The notes beneath the pieces were generated by a model, which ran no database searches, had not been told where the DNA came from, and saw only the letters and a program-made list of their open reading frames with translations. Shown piece by piece: positions 20,476 to 31,818 of a stretch of DNA of 64,000 nucleotides (its first letter is position 1; each line of letters opens with the position of its first letter). The stretch is from Candidatus Hemicellulosilyticus sp. P3 (lineage in GTDB: Bacteria > Bacteroidota > Bacteroidia > Bacteroidales > P3), in the NCBI GenBank assembly GCA_001543385.1, contig LPNH01000005.1, positions 17,680-81,679 on the forward strand, given 5' to 3'. The translations under genes were made by a program, and so were the position numbers.

Positions 20476-21693
20476 TTGTTTGAACGGTTCATAGCCAAAC
20501 GCATTCTGTCCGACAGCCCCGGCCGCAAGTCCGGGTCGTTGCTGCATATCGCCACCACATCCATTGCGTTGGGGGTGGTGGTGATGATCTTGTCGGTGGC
20601 CATATTGCGCGGGTTCCAGCAAGAGATTGAACAGAAGGTGACGGGATTTGGGGCGCATTTAGTGGTGAAGAGCTATGACATGCAGGAGGACTACGGATCG
20701 AATCCCGTCAGCCGCACACGAGTTGAAATGCAACGTATTGAAGCGACACCGGGGGTGGCGCATGTACAATGTTATGCCGAGAAGGGCGGCATGATCAAGA
20801 CCGCCGACCAGATCCACGGCATTATATTCAAAGGGGTGGACAGCGGATATGACTCGTCTTTTTTTTGCAACAACCTGATGGAAGGCCGGTTTCCGAATCT
20901 TGCCGACAGCACGGCGTCGAATGAGGTGCTGGTCTCGCAACGTGTCGCCGGGCAGCTGCATCTGCGGGCGGGCGACAAGATGCGCACTTATTTCTGGCAA
21001 GGCAACACCTACCGTGCACGCGCTTTCACGGTGAGCGGGATCTATTGCACGGACCTCTCCGACTTCGACGACCTGTATGTCGTCGGCGACCTGCGTCAAA
21101 TACAGCGTATCAACGGATGGTCGGAGGACGAGGTGGGCGGATATGAGCTGGCGGTGTCTCACTTTGACGAGCTGGCCGGGACAAAGCAACGTGTGGCGGA
21201 GCAACTGGGCTACGATCTGGCGTTGACCGACATCGTGGAGCAAAACCCGGCACTGTTCTCCTGGCTGCGGCTGCTGAACTCGAACATCTGGCTCATCATC
21301 GGCGTGATGACGCTGGTGTGCATGGTGGCTGTAATCTCATCGTTCCTAATCATGGTCTTCGAAAAAACGTCTGCCATCGGCGTACTCAAAGTGCTCGGAG
21401 CCACAAACCGCAGTATTAAACGGATTTTCCTCATCAAATCAACGTCTGTCATTGCAAAGGGTATAGCCGTGGGCGACGCGGTGGCAGTAGCGCTCTGCCT
21501 GCTGCAGCGGCAATTTCATCTTGTGCGGCTGGACAGAGAGTCTTACTCGATGTCATTTGTGCCGGTACAGCTGGACGGATGGGTGTTGCTCTTCGTGTCG
21601 GCAGGCACATTGGTTGCCTGCTGGGCCGCACTGTTTTTTCCCTCCACCTTTATCACGCAGGTGCAGCCCGCCCGGACTGTAAAAGTGAGTTAA
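20476..21693 (+). CDS. FtsX-like ABC transporter permease (LolC/E-like)
   Basis: The N-terminus is FIAKRIL..., followed by a TM segment, a large periplasmic loop and a C-terminal 3-TM FtsX domain. It has a TTG start. Confidence 0.85.
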   Translation: MFERFIAKRILSDSPGRKSGSLLHIATTSIALGVVVMILSVAILRGFQQEIEQKVTGFGAHLVVKSYDMQEDYGSNPVSRTRVEMQRIEATPGVAHVQCYAEKGGMIKTADQIHGIIFKGVDSGYDSSFFCNNLMEGRFPNLADSTASNEVLVSQRVAGQLHLRAGDKMRTYFWQGNTYRARAFTVSGIYCTDLSDFDDLYVVGDLRQIQRINGWSEDEVGGYELAVSHFDELAGTKQRVAEQLGYDLALTDIVEQNPALFSWLRLLNSNIWLIIGVMTLVCMVAVISSFLIMVFEKTSAIGVLKVLGATNRSIKRIFLIKSTSVIAKGIAVGDAVAVALCLLQRQFHLVRLDRESYSMSFVPVQLDGWVLLFVSAGTLVACWAALFFPSTFITQVQPARTVKVS

Positions 21694-21712
21694 TTTATAC
21701 GGGACACCGTTT

Positions 21713-23209
21713 ATGTCACATTTCACAATCCACATACCCCGGTCCAAATGGATTATTCTCGGCATCACCATTGTGCTGGCATTTGTCGCGCTGTGGCAAA
21801 TCAACCGTATCGGCAACCAGATACGCTTTTCCGAGACACAGAAGGTGAAACTTTGGGCCGCCGCCATCAACCAGAAAGCGCAGCTGGTGCGGACAACGGA
21901 CCGTTTTTTTGACAACATCGGCATTGACGAACATCGCAAGATGCAGATGTACATCGACGTGCTGCAATCGTTCAACAATGCCTACCCTGACGCCAACCTC
22001 GGTTTCAGCCTGGCGTATGTCAATTATATTGTGGACAGTTGTCAGACCCCTATCCTGATTGTTGACAAAGACTCGGTGATCACGGTGCCACCGGAGCTGA
22101 GCGGACAGCGGTTGACCGATTCGCTACTCAACGAGTTTTCACAATACGATCCTTTCCACTATCGCCTGTGGGGGATGCCCATGACGCTCTACTACAAAGA
22201 GTCACGCACTTACAGTGAATTGCGGCATGTGCTTGACGACCTGTCGCAGTCGTTTTTAGACGAAGTGGCCAACAACTCCATCTTTGTCCCGGTGATCATT
22301 GTCGACAGCATGCGGCGAGAGGTGCTCGGGGTGGGCAATATCGACTCCGCCGAGATTGCCGATACGGAAAGGCTGACGCAACGGCTGCAGCAAATGGAAG
22401 ATGAAAACCAACCGCTGCTGCTCGACCTGCCCAACAACCGCCATGCGTATGTGTTTTATGAGAGCACGCCGCTGCTGCGCCTGCTGTCGTGGCTGCCCGC
22501 TTTTTATATTTTCATCTTCATGGTGTTGCTCATCGTCTCTTACAACCTGTTCCGCACCGCCCACAATATGGAGCAAAACAAGGTATGGGTGGGGTTGGCC
22601 AAGGAGACCGCGCATCAGCTGGGCACCCCCATCTCGTCGCTTATCGCCTGGACCGACTATCTGCAGGGCAAAACACTGACAGACGCATACGCCGACGAGG
22701 TGCGCAAGGATTTGCGCCGCCTGGAGACCATTACACACCGGTTCTCAAAGATCGGATCGACCCCCGAACGGCCTGACAACGATCTGAACCAAACGATTCA
22801 CCGTGCCATTGCCTATCTTGAAAGCCGCTCACCACGCAAAATCAAGTTTGTCATCAATCTGCCGGACGGGCCGCTTGCGGTGCCGCACAACGGATACCTG
22901 CTCGAATGGGTGGTTGAAAACATCTGCAAGAACGCCATCGACGCCATGAACGGGGAAGGGACGTTCACGCTGATCGCCTCCCAGGATGCAAAAAACATCT
23001 ATATAGACATGGGCGACACGGGTAAGGGCATCAGCCCGTCGCAGCAGAAACGGATATTCCAACCCGGGTTTACAACCAAACAGCGCGGCTGGGGACTGGG
23101 TCTGTCGCTCTCGAAACGCATTGTCGAGCAGTATCACCACGGACGGCTTTATTTGAAATATTCGCAGCCGGGCCAAGGCTCCGTGTTCCGCATGGTGCTG
23201 CGGAAATAA
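21713..23209 (+). CDS. Sensor histidine kinase
   Basis: There are two TM segments, an H-box (ETAHQLGTPISSL), and N, G1 and G2 boxes (NAIDAM, DTGKGI, GWGLGLSLSK). Confidence 0.87.
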   Translation: MSHFTIHIPRSKWIILGITIVLAFVALWQINRIGNQIRFSETQKVKLWAAAINQKAQLVRTTDRFFDNIGIDEHRKMQMYIDVLQSFNNAYPDANLGFSLAYVNYIVDSCQTPILIVDKDSVITVPPELSGQRLTDSLLNEFSQYDPFHYRLWGMPMTLYYKESRTYSELRHVLDDLSQSFLDEVANNSIFVPVIIVDSMRREVLGVGNIDSAEIADTERLTQRLQQMEDENQPLLLDLPNNRHAYVFYESTPLLRLLSWLPAFYIFIFMVLLIVSYNLFRTAHNMEQNKVWVGLAKETAHQLGTPISSLIAWTDYLQGKTLTDAYADEVRKDLRRLETITHRFSKIGSTPERPDNDLNQTIHRAIAYLESRSPRKIKFVINLPDGPLAVPHNGYLLEWVVENICKNAIDAMNGEGTFTLIASQDAKNIYIDMGDTGKGISPSQQKRIFQPGFTTKQRGWGLGLSLSKRIVEQYHHGRLYLKYSQPGQGSVFRMVLRK

Positions 23210-23262
23210 GCCAGGACCGAATCTGCAGGCCGGTGCACCGGACGCCCCTGACAGTCACTTTA

Positions 23263-24735
23263 TCAATAGGCGCGGGCAAAGATGACGCGGCGGTGAGAGG
23301 GCTTTCCACTGTAGACGCAGGTGCCTTCTTCTTCGACGGCATCGTAGGGGATGCAACGGATGGTGGCTTTGGTCTCCTCTTTGATGCGTTCCTCGGTCTC
23401 GGTGGTGCCGTCCCAGTGGCAGAGCAGGAAGCCGCCTTTCTCGATTTCCGTTTTGAATTGTTCCCAGGTATCGACTTTGCGGGTGCGGGACTGACGGAAG
23501 TCAAGGGCGCGACGGTACAGGCTGTTCTGGATGTCGTCCATCAGCTGTTTCACATGTGCCGCTATGCCTTCTATTGGCAGCGTCTGCTTCTCGAGCGTGT
23601 CACGGCGGCACACCTCGCATGTGCCGTTCTCCAAGTCACGCGGACCGATGGCCAGGCGCACCGGCACGCCTTTGAATTCGTATTCGTTGAATTTCCAACC
23701 CGGCTTGTATTCTGTACGGTTGTCATATTTCACGGTCAAGCCCTGGGATTGCAGCGCCTGGACAACGGGTGCAATATGGGCGTCGAGCTCGGCCATCTGG
23801 TCGTCGTTCTTGCAGATGGGAATGACGGCGACCTGTATGGGTGCCAGCTTGGGCGGGAGCACGAGGCCGTTGTCGTCGGAATGGGTCATGATGAGTGCTC
23901 CCATGAGACGTGTCGACACTCCCCACGAAGTGGCCCACACGTATTCCAGCTGATTCTGCTTGTTGAGGAACTGCACGTCGAATGCCTTGGCAAAGTTCTG
24001 CCCCAGGAAATGGGAGGTACCGGCTTGAAGGGCCTTGCCGTCCTGCATCATGGCTTCGATGCAGTAGGTGTCAAGGGCTCCGGCAAAACGTTCGTTGGGC
24101 GACTTGACGCCTCGGACCACAGGCACGGCCATGTAGTTGTCGGCAAAGTCAGCGTAGACGTCGAGCATGCGCCGCGCTTCGGCTTCGGCATCCTCCCGTG
24201 TGGCATGGGCGGTATGACCTTCCTGCCACAGGAATTCGGCGGTACGCAGGAACATGCGTGTACGCATTTCCCAGCGAACGACGTTGGCCCACTGGTTGCA
24301 GAGCACGGGCAGGTCGCGGTAGGACTTAATCCAGTTTTTGTAGGTGCTCCAGATGATGGTCTCCGAGGTGGGACGGACCACCAGCTCCTCTTCAAGACGT
24401 GCCGAGGGGTCGACAACGACGCCGCTGCCGTCAGGATTGTTCATCAAGCGGTGGTGTGTGACCACGGCGCACTCTTTGGCAAAACCTTCCACGTGTTCGG
24501 CTTCGCGGCTGAGAAAGGACTTGGGTATGAAGAGCGGAAAGTAGGCATTGACATGACCTGTGGCCTTGAACATGGCATCCAGCGCGTCGTGCATCTTCTC
24601 CCAGATGGCGTAGCCATAGGGCTTGATGACCATACAGCCGCGTACAGCCGAGTTTTCGGCCAGGTCGGCCCGGACCACAAGCTCATTGTACCATTCTGAA
24701 AAATTTTCAGCACGTTTTACAAAATCTTTTGCCAT
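23263..24735 (-). CDS. proS: Proline--tRNA ligase (class II, archaeal/eukaryote-like type)
   Basis: The N-terminus ([16 protein letters not shown]...[15 protein letters not shown]) and the ~490 aa length are typical of Bacteroidota ProRS. Confidence 0.96.
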   Translation of the reverse strand: MAKDFVKRAENFSEWYNELVVRADLAENSAVRGCMVIKPYGYAIWEKMHDALDAMFKATGHVNAYFPLFIPKSFLSREAEHVEGFAKECAVVTHHRLMNNPDGSGVVVDPSARLEEELVVRPTSETIIWSTYKNWIKSYRDLPVLCNQWANVVRWEMRTRMFLRTAEFLWQEGHTAHATREDAEAEARRMLDVYADFADNYMAVPVVRGVKSPNERFAGALDTYCIEAMMQDGKALQAGTSHFLGQNFAKAFDVQFLNKQNQLEYVWATSWGVSTRLMGALIMTHSDDNGLVLPPKLAPIQVAVIPICKNDDQMAELDAHIAPVVQALQSQGLTVKYDNRTEYKPGWKFNEYEFKGVPVRLAIGPRDLENGTCEVCRRDTLEKQTLPIEGIAAHVKQLMDDIQNSLYRRALDFRQSRTRKVDTWEQFKTEIEKGGFLLCHWDGTTETEERIKEETKATIRCIPYDAVEEEGTCVYSGKPSHRRVIFARAY

Positions 24736-24804
24736 AATTATAAGTTGTCTTAAGCTTTAAAAAGTGTTTCTGACACAGCATTGCGGCGTTTCAAAATAAA
24801 AACG

Positions 24805-24812
24805 TAACTTTG
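24805..24812 (+). promoter_or_regulatory. Bacteroidota -7 box (TAnnTTTG)
   Basis: TAACTTTG lies 73 nt upstream of the ATG at 24885. It overlaps the ORF-track start at 24810, which argues for the shorter CDS. Confidence 0.4.
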
Positions 24813-24884
24813 CCCGTTGAAATGAAACGCCCCGCAAAGGCTGTGCAAAGGTACAAAAAAATAGCAAACGAGCCTTACAGCGCC

Positions 24885-25730
24885 ATGAACAAAATATCTG
24901 TGCGACTTAAAATCACTGTTTTGGCTGCTGCCATGTCGCTCCCCTTCACCCTCTGCGCTCAATCCGCCGGAGGTCACGACACATTGCAGTGTTTTATTGT
25001 CGGCTTCAAGTTCGGAACAATGTTCCCCTCCGACAGATTTTCACATGAGACTCTCCCGTCAGGCGGCACTTCGCGCAATGCTACGATGTACAGTCTCTAC
25101 GACAGCCCTTGGCTTGATTTCGGCGTCAACGGATTTTATAAATTCAAGTCCAACTGGCTCCTGTCGATTGACGGCGACTTCTGGTTCGGCAACGATAATC
25201 TGAGCCACCGTCGCGAACGCATGAGCCACCTCTACACCGGAGAAGGTATTATTATCGGCACCAACGGCACCGACGCGGTGGTCACCTGCTATAACCGGGG
25301 GCTCAGCGCCCAGGCCGGCATGGGCCGAATCTTTCCGCTGTGGCCGTCGCGAAACCCCAACTCCGGATTGCTCGCCCGCATCGGTGCCGGACCAATGCTG
25401 CAGCAGACGGTGTTTATGCTGAACGATGTCAACGCCCCCCAGATTGACGGCGACAACGCGCTGCTGTATGACCACCAGCGTAAGGGCTTCCTGCTCACTG
25501 AAAGCCTCGGGGTGTGGTTTATGAGCAACCGTTCCAATCTGATCAACTTTTTTGTATCCTTTGAAGTGTCGCAGTGCTGGTCACGATCCACCCGCGATTA
25601 TATTATTGACAATTACTTGGGGCTCAACGGAAAGGATAGGAACAGACACTTCGACCTCATTTACACGGTCAAGCTGTCGTGGATGTTTCCGCTGAAAGGA
25701 AAGACTGCCCGCGATTATTATTACTATTAG
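24885..25730 (+). CDS. Hypothetical outer-membrane/secreted protein
   Basis: It has a signal peptide (MNKISVRLKITVLAAAMSLPFTLCAQS), beta-rich composition and an aromatic C-terminus. Confidence 0.55.
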   Translation: MNKISVRLKITVLAAAMSLPFTLCAQSAGGHDTLQCFIVGFKFGTMFPSDRFSHETLPSGGTSRNATMYSLYDSPWLDFGVNGFYKFKSNWLLSIDGDFWFGNDNLSHRRERMSHLYTGEGIIIGTNGTDAVVTCYNRGLSAQAGMGRIFPLWPSRNPNSGLLARIGAGPMLQQTVFMLNDVNAPQIDGDNALLYDHQRKGFLLTESLGVWFMSNRSNLINFFVSFEVSQCWSRSTRDYIIDNYLGLNGKDRNRHFDLIYTVKLSWMFPLKGKTARDYYYY

Positions 25731-25731
25731 T

Positions 25732-27006
25732 ATGATGCGTACACTCTATTCTCTGGCCATCGGCTGCTACACACTCGTCATCCGACTGGCGTCGCCATTC
25801 CATCCCAAAGCACGCCAGATGGTGCAGGGTTGGCGCCGGAGCCTGCACGCACTGGAGAACTGCGCTTCCGACAGTGAACGACAGCCGTTGCTGTGGTTCC
25901 ATGCCTCCAGTTTGGGGGAATTTGAACAGGCCCGTCCGGTATTGGAGCAGTTGCGTGCCGACCACCCCGGCCACCGTATATGCATCACTTTTTTTTCGCC
26001 GTCGGGATATGAGGTGCGCCGCGAATACCCGTTTGCCGATTTGGTAATGTACCTGCCTCCCGACACCCGTCGCAACGCACGCCGGCTGGTCGAGAACCTG
26101 CGTCCCGGTGTCGTTTTTTTTGTCAAATACGATTTTTGGTTCAACTACCTCGATGCGTTGCAACGGAAGCATGTCCCTGTCTACATCTTTTCTGCCATTT
26201 TCCGCCCTTCACATTATTTTTTCAAACCTTACGGCAAATGGTTCCGGGAACAACTGAAACGCTGCTTCACCCATATCTTTGTCCAGAATCAAGAGTCGCT
26301 GCAACTGTTGCGAAATTATGGAATCAATCAGTGCTCCCGGGCCGGCGACACCCGCTTTGACCGCGTGAAAGCGATTGCCGACGGTGCACAACCGAACCCC
26401 GCCGTCGAACGTTTTGCCAGGTTGCACAAAGACTGCACCTTACTGATCGCCGGCAGCAGCTGGCCCCCGGACGAACGGCTCTTGCAGCGCTACATGATCG
26501 CACAGCAGCAACGGCCGCTGTGCCTTGTGCTGGCCCCCCATGTCATTAACGCAAGTCACCTTGACGACATTGTGCGCCTTTTCGGCAAAGAACAATGTGT
26601 ACGGTACAGCCGCCTGGAACATGTCGCCGATGAGGAACTGGCACGGCGAAGCGTGCTTGTTGTCGACAATATCGGCATGCTGGCCTCGCTATACCGATAT
26701 GCCAGGACAGCTTATATCGGCGGCGGATGGGGGCATGGCATACACAACATTCTGGAAGCCGTCACATTCGGAAAACCCGTGTTGTTCGGGCCTAATCACA
26801 AGAAGTTTCAGGAGGCCAAGGACATATTGGCCTGCGGCGGAGGCTTTGCCCATTGCAATTATGAGGAGCTGGAGGCACAATTAAACCTCCTGCTGGATGA
26901 TAATGAGCGTTACCGGGCGGCGTCAGACGCATGCCTTCGTTATGTGGCGCAGAACATCGGCAGCACCCAAACCATCCTCGCCAATATCCATCTACCGGAA
27001 CAATAA
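25732..27006 (+). CDS. waaA: 3-deoxy-D-manno-octulosonic acid (Kdo) transferase
   Basis: LWFHASSLGEFEQARPVLEQL and the overall glycosyltransferase N/C-domain layout are typical of WaaA/KdtA. Confidence 0.92.
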   Translation: MMRTLYSLAIGCYTLVIRLASPFHPKARQMVQGWRRSLHALENCASDSERQPLLWFHASSLGEFEQARPVLEQLRADHPGHRICITFFSPSGYEVRREYPFADLVMYLPPDTRRNARRLVENLRPGVVFFVKYDFWFNYLDALQRKHVPVYIFSAIFRPSHYFFKPYGKWFREQLKRCFTHIFVQNQESLQLLRNYGINQCSRAGDTRFDRVKAIADGAQPNPAVERFARLHKDCTLLIAGSSWPPDERLLQRYMIAQQQRPLCLVLAPHVINASHLDDIVRLFGKEQCVRYSRLEHVADEELARRSVLVVDNIGMLASLYRYARTAYIGGGWGHGIHNILEAVTFGKPVLFGPNHKKFQEAKDILACGGGFAHCNYEELEAQLNLLLDDNERYRAASDACLRYVAQNIGSTQTILANIHLPEQ

Positions 27007-27026
27007 TCCCCCCCCTACTCTCTCCC

Positions 27027-29303
27027 ATGCATCGCCCGGCTTTTATTGTATGTGCGGCTCTCGCTATCGGTTGTCTTCTGGCAGCCTGCAGCGTAGACCG
27101 GCATCTGCCGCAGGGACAGTCCATGCTGGTGGCCAACCGCGTGGAGGTGACTATGACCGACGGCAAGCCTATAGGCAAGGATGTCGGCAACGCCGTGGCC
27201 AAACGCAACAGCTATATCCGTCAGTCGCCCAACAAGCGCCTACTTGGCTTCAGCCGACTGCCGGTGTACATATACTGTATGTCCAATCCCGACAAGGACA
27301 ATTGGTGGCACCGCATGCTCCGCAGCGCCGGGGAGGCACCCGTGATATACAGCGTCGACGATGCCACCCGGAGCGCCAAACAGTTGCAGCAGATGATGAA
27401 AAACAAAGGCTGTTTCGGCAGCCGTGCCGTATTTGACACATTACGTCTGCACAACCATAAAATCACAATCCGATACCGCATCGCCGCATCGCCGCGATAC
27501 CGGATTCATTCTGTTGCATATTCCGCCCAAACGCCTGCTGTCGACTCGCTGCTGCGGGCCGCCCGGGGCAACAGTCTACTGCGGGCCGGAGACTGTTACG
27601 ATCAAGACCAGATCGAGTCGGAACGCACCCGAATTACGACGCTGTTGCAGAACAGCGGCTATTTCACCGCCTCGCAGCAATTGGTGCACTTTTATGTCGA
27701 CACAACCTTCTCGGACAGCCTGCTAAGCATTGACGTTCAAGTACAAGACCCTGTTCATAATGACGTCGCCACACCTCTTGAGACTTACCGCATCGACTCC
27801 ATCCATATTGACAGCAATGCCGTGCGCTCCAGTGTGGTCTCACGCGCCCTGCGCTTTTCAAGCGGGAATCGGTACAATGCATCCCGTATTGCCACCTCAT
27901 ACAACTCTTTGCTTAGTCTGCGCACATTCAACTATATTGACATCCTGGTCGAAGAGTCGCCACTAAGCGCTCAAGGCAGTCGGCTCCTTGACGCACACAT
28001 ACGCCTGCGCAACAGCCCCCAGCAAAAAATCAGTGTATCACTTGAGCTCAGCAACGCCTCACCGGTGTCACGGAATGCGAACAGCACCACCGGCGGCAAT
28101 TTCGGTCTGGCCACGGTGCTCAATTATCAACACAAGAATCTTTTTGGCGGCGCCGAAGCGCTGCAGATAGAAGGCAATCTGCTCGGCGAGCTTCCAAAAG
28201 ATATTTTCAGCCGCCAGGTTGCAAGTTTCCACGAGTTGTTCTCTACATTCGAGGCCGGCCTCAAAACCACACTCGATCTGCCGCTCTTCCTCATCCCGTA
28301 CAACAGTCGTATACGGCTTGCGAGAACACTCCCGCACACCCTGTTCTCACTCAGCGGGAACTATCAATACCGCCCTTATTTTGAACGATTCGCCTTCGGC
28401 ACATCGTTTGGCTATAGCTGGTCACCGAGCCGGTACACGAGCCACCAGTTGCTCCCTGTCGAAATGACTTATGTCAAGATACAGAACATTGATTGGTCCT
28501 ACTTCTCCGCCTTTGCCGGCATCATGGGGTCGCGTATCGCTTATCAGTTCAGCGACCATCTTATCATGGACCTTCGATACGACTTTGTCTACAATTCGCA
28601 ACATTTCGGCTCCCGTGACAATTTTTCGTACATCCACGCCACCGCCGAAATAGCCGGCAACCTGCTGTCGGCCTTCGCCCATGCGGGAGGCCGGACCAAC
28701 GAACTGGGCGAACGGCTTGTTTGGGATGTCCCCTACTCACAGTATGTGCGATTTAGCGCCGAAGCCAAGCAGTACTTCTACCACGGACGACGCAACACAT
28801 TAGTGCTCAGAGTAATTGCTGGTCTCGGAATACCTTATGGAAATTCGCTGCTTATGCCTTACGAGAAAGGGTTTTTCGGAGGCGGTCCCACCACGCTGCG
28901 AGCCTGGCAGATACGACATCTCGGCCCCGGCGCCTATTCGCCGTTCGGCGACCTCGACTACGACTTTGACCGCTTTGGCGACATCACGCTTGTGGCCAAT
29001 GTCGAGGAACGCTTTCCTCTGCCCGGTCCCCTCGAAGGCGCCCTGTTCCTCGATATCGGCAATGTTTGGACCGCACACCGGACTGACGCCTATCGCGACG
29101 GCGAATTCCGCTGGAACACCTTTGCCCGGCAACTTGCGACAGGCACGGGGTTTGGATTACGCGTCAAGATAGCCATACTCACACTCCGTCTCGATTTCTC
29201 CCTGCCTGTCTACGACCCAGGCCGGCAAAGCGATCGGTGGCGCTTCAGGCATTGGACTTTTGACAACATTGTCACAAATTTCGGTATTGACTACCCATTT
29301 TAG
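27027..29303 (+). CDS. Omp85 (BamA/TamA-like) outer-membrane protein
   Basis: It has a lipoprotein-like signal (AIGCLLAACS), POTRA-like repeats and a C-terminal surface-antigen barrel ending ...NFGIDYPF. The start is set at ATG 27027. Confidence 0.85.
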   Translation: MHRPAFIVCAALAIGCLLAACSVDRHLPQGQSMLVANRVEVTMTDGKPIGKDVGNAVAKRNSYIRQSPNKRLLGFSRLPVYIYCMSNPDKDNWWHRMLRSAGEAPVIYSVDDATRSAKQLQQMMKNKGCFGSRAVFDTLRLHNHKITIRYRIAASPRYRIHSVAYSAQTPAVDSLLRAARGNSLLRAGDCYDQDQIESERTRITTLLQNSGYFTASQQLVHFYVDTTFSDSLLSIDVQVQDPVHNDVATPLETYRIDSIHIDSNAVRSSVVSRALRFSSGNRYNASRIATSYNSLLSLRTFNYIDILVEESPLSAQGSRLLDAHIRLRNSPQQKISVSLELSNASPVSRNANSTTGGNFGLATVLNYQHKNLFGGAEALQIEGNLLGELPKDIFSRQVASFHELFSTFEAGLKTTLDLPLFLIPYNSRIRLARTLPHTLFSLSGNYQYRPYFERFAFGTSFGYSWSPSRYTSHQLLPVEMTYVKIQNIDWSYFSAFAGIMGSRIAYQFSDHLIMDLRYDFVYNSQHFGSRDNFSYIHATAEIAGNLLSAFAHAGGRTNELGERLVWDVPYSQYVRFSAEAKQYFYHGRRNTLVLRVIAGLGIPYGNSLLMPYEKGFFGGGPTTLRAWQIRHLGPGAYSPFGDLDYDFDRFGDITLVANVEERFPLPGPLEGALFLDIGNVWTAHRTDAYRDGEFRWNTFARQLATGTGFGLRVKIAILTLRLDFSLPVYDPGRQSDRWRFRHWTFDNIVTNFGIDYPF

Positions 29304-29348
29304 ACATCATCAACCTCTTTCGGATCACTCGATAAAATCACAAGTAGA

Positions 29349-30314
29349 ATGAACATTCCGCAATATGTCAAACAACTGTTTGATCAGACCTCGTTTCTGG
29401 ACAGCCCTGTAGAGCTCTATGAACCTATCCAGTACACCATGCACTTGGGTGGCAAGCGGTTGCGGCCGCTGCTGCTGCTTACCGCCGCCGACATGTTCGG
29501 CAACGACCCGACGGCGGCCGCCCCGGCAGCCGTCGCCATAGAGACATTCCACAACTTCACCTTGGTCCACGACGATCTGATGGATCACGCCGCGCTCCGC
29601 CGCGGACAGCCCGCTGTCCATAGCAAATGGAATGCCAACACCGCTATCCTCTCCGGCGACACCATGTTTGCCATCGCCTGGCGGCACCTGCTCCGGCTCC
29701 GGGCCGACAACCTGAACGACATAATGACTGCATTCAGCGACACCGCCGTCGGCGTGTGCGAAGGGCAGCAACTCGACATGAATTTTGAATCGCGCCACGA
29801 TGTCACCATTGAGGAATACATGGAGATGATCCGACTCAAAACCGCCGTCTTGCTCGCCGGCGCACTTAAAATCGGCGCACTCTGCGCCCACGCGCCCGAC
29901 GATGACACTGAGCGACTCTATCAATTCGGCATCCATCTCGGACTGGCATTCCAACTGCAGGACGACCTGCTCGACGCCTATGGCGACACCGCAACATTTG
30001 GCAAACAGACAGGACAGGATATCGTCGACAACAAGAAGACCTTTCTCCTCCTCAAAGCGCTGGAGCTGGCTTCACCAAGCCAAACCGAAGAGCTGCACAG
30101 ATGGTTCTCTGACGAAAGCCGCCTGTCCCGTGACGAAAAGATCAGCGGTGTCATCGCACTCTACGACCGACTGGACATCCGCCACCATACCCAGCTGCAG
30201 ATAGAGCGCCAGTTTGCGGCCGCGACCGATGCACTCCGCACCATAGTGCTGCCTGACAGCAAAAAAGAGCCCCTGCAGCAGCTGGCGCAATGCCTCCTGT
30301 ACCGTCAATCCTAA
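29349..30314 (+). CDS. Polyprenyl diphosphate synthase (trans-isoprenyl, FPP/GGPP synthase family)
   Basis: The first and second aspartate-rich motifs are present (LVHDDLMD and FQLQDDLLD). Confidence 0.9.
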   Translation: MNIPQYVKQLFDQTSFLDSPVELYEPIQYTMHLGGKRLRPLLLLTAADMFGNDPTAAAPAAVAIETFHNFTLVHDDLMDHAALRRGQPAVHSKWNANTAILSGDTMFAIAWRHLLRLRADNLNDIMTAFSDTAVGVCEGQQLDMNFESRHDVTIEEYMEMIRLKTAVLLAGALKIGALCAHAPDDDTERLYQFGIHLGLAFQLQDDLLDAYGDTATFGKQTGQDIVDNKKTFLLLKALELASPSQTEELHRWFSDESRLSRDEKISGVIALYDRLDIRHHTQLQIERQFAAATDALRTIVLPDSKKEPLQQLAQCLLYRQS

Positions 30315-30412
30315 GGCACGCACCGCATCATCCGGACCACTGGCACACACAAACACCCCGGGCAGCAGGCCGGGCACACGACAGCATTTTTTCACAGTTC
30401 GAAAAATAAATG

Positions 30413-30420
30413 TATATTTG
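30413..30420 (+). promoter_or_regulatory. Bacteroidota -7 box (TAnnTTTG) upstream of exbB
   Basis: TATATTTG lies 64 nt upstream of the exbB ATG. Confidence 0.4.
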
Positions 30421-30483
30421 CACAATAGATAAAACCAAGAAAACACAAATCACCTAACTAATAATTAACACATTAACAGCATT

Positions 30484-31311
30484 ATGAAAAAAGTAATCGC
30501 CTTGATGTCAATCTTTGGTCTATTGACATTCACCAGCATCAACGGTATTATGGCACAAAACCCCGGCGAGAATGCCGAAGCCGCTGGCACCGAGCAAGTC
30601 GAAGCCACGAACGACAGCGCGGAAGCAGTCGCCGCCACCCCTGAAATGGAAGAGGTGACCACCTCCGCACAGGATGACACGAAATCGTTTCATCAGGTAC
30701 TGAAAGAGAAATACATCCAAGGTGGTGCAGGCTGGATGACACCTGTGCTCCTCTGCTTGATTTTCGGCATGGCCTTGGTTATTGAGCGCATTCTGTATCT
30801 CAACATGGCTACCACTAATGTGAACAACCTGCTTGAAGGTATCGAAGGCTTGGTAAAGAAAGGCGACTACAACGGTGCCAAAGAGCTCTGCCGTAACACC
30901 CGCGGTCCTGTGGCCAGCATCTTCTACCAAGGCTTGGATCGTGTTGATGAAGGTTTGGACAATGTGGAGAAAGCTGTCACCTCCTACGGTGGTGTGCAGA
31001 TGGCTCGCTTAGAGAGCAACCTCACATGGATCAGCCTGTTCATTGCTTTGGCTCCCTCTTTCGGATTCCTCGGCACCGTGGTCGGTATGGTTCAGGCATT
31101 CGACGCTATCGAAGTGGCGGGTGACATCAGTCCGACCGTTGTCGCCGGCGGTATGAAAGTGGCTCTGTTGACCACCATCTTCGGTCTCATCGTGGCCATC
31201 ATCCTCCAAATTTTCTACAACTACATCCTCACCAAAATCGAGAGCCTCGTCAACCAAATGGAAGACGGTTCCATCTCTTTCATGGACATCCTCGTCAAGA
31301 ACAAAAAATAA
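30484..31311 (+). CDS. exbB: MotA/TolQ/ExbB proton-channel protein
   Basis: It has a signal/TM segment plus three TM segments, and the conserved LGFLGTVVGM / GMKVALLTT region. Confidence 0.9.
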   Translation: MKKVIALMSIFGLLTFTSINGIMAQNPGENAEAAGTEQVEATNDSAEAVAATPEMEEVTTSAQDDTKSFHQVLKEKYIQGGAGWMTPVLLCLIFGMALVIERILYLNMATTNVNNLLEGIEGLVKKGDYNGAKELCRNTRGPVASIFYQGLDRVDEGLDNVEKAVTSYGGVQMARLESNLTWISLFIALAPSFGFLGTVVGMVQAFDAIEVAGDISPTVVAGGMKVALLTTIFGLIVAIILQIFYNYILTKIESLVNQMEDGSISFMDILVKNKK

Positions 31312-31364
31312 TAGTGTAAGGAGTATCGCTTTAATTCGTAAAACCATTAAATCCTTAAACTGTT

Positions 31365-31814
31365 ATGAAAGAAAAAACCAATAAATTACTCACCTGGGCA
31401 CTTCTCGGTCTTGCGGTGCTGGCGGCGGTGTTCACCATCGTCTTCGCCCTTGACATCGACAAGTACGCAGGTTTGTACGACGTGGCTTACTGGATGCTCA
31501 TTATCATGGTGCTCGTTTCAATTTGCGCCATCGTCGTATTTGGACTCAAGAAACTGTTCGGCCGATTTGCGACGCAGAAAGGCTATCTTAAGAAATTCCT
31601 GTTGGTGTGCGCAGCCGTGGCCGTGGCCGTGGTGGCAGCCCTGCTGCTCTCCAGCGGCAGCGATGTCAGCAATGTGCTGCTTGAGAAGAACAATCTCACC
31701 ACAGGAACCTCCAAATGGATCGGCGCCGCCTGCATTCTGGTCTATATCTTGGTCATTGCAGCCGCCTGTTCTATCGTATATGTAGAAGTTGCCAAACTGG
31801 CTAAAAAGAAATAA
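31365..31814 (+). CDS. Hypothetical membrane protein (ExbB-ExbD intervening gene)
   Basis: Four predicted TM helices. It sits between exbB and exbD, as is common in Bacteroidota. Confidence 0.6.
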   Translation: MKEKTNKLLTWALLGLAVLAAVFTIVFALDIDKYAGLYDVAYWMLIIMVLVSICAIVVFGLKKLFGRFATQKGYLKKFLLVCAAVAVAVVAALLLSSGSDVSNVLLEKNNLTTGTSKWIGAACILVYILVIAAACSIVYVEVAKLAKKK

Positions 31815-31818
31815 GACT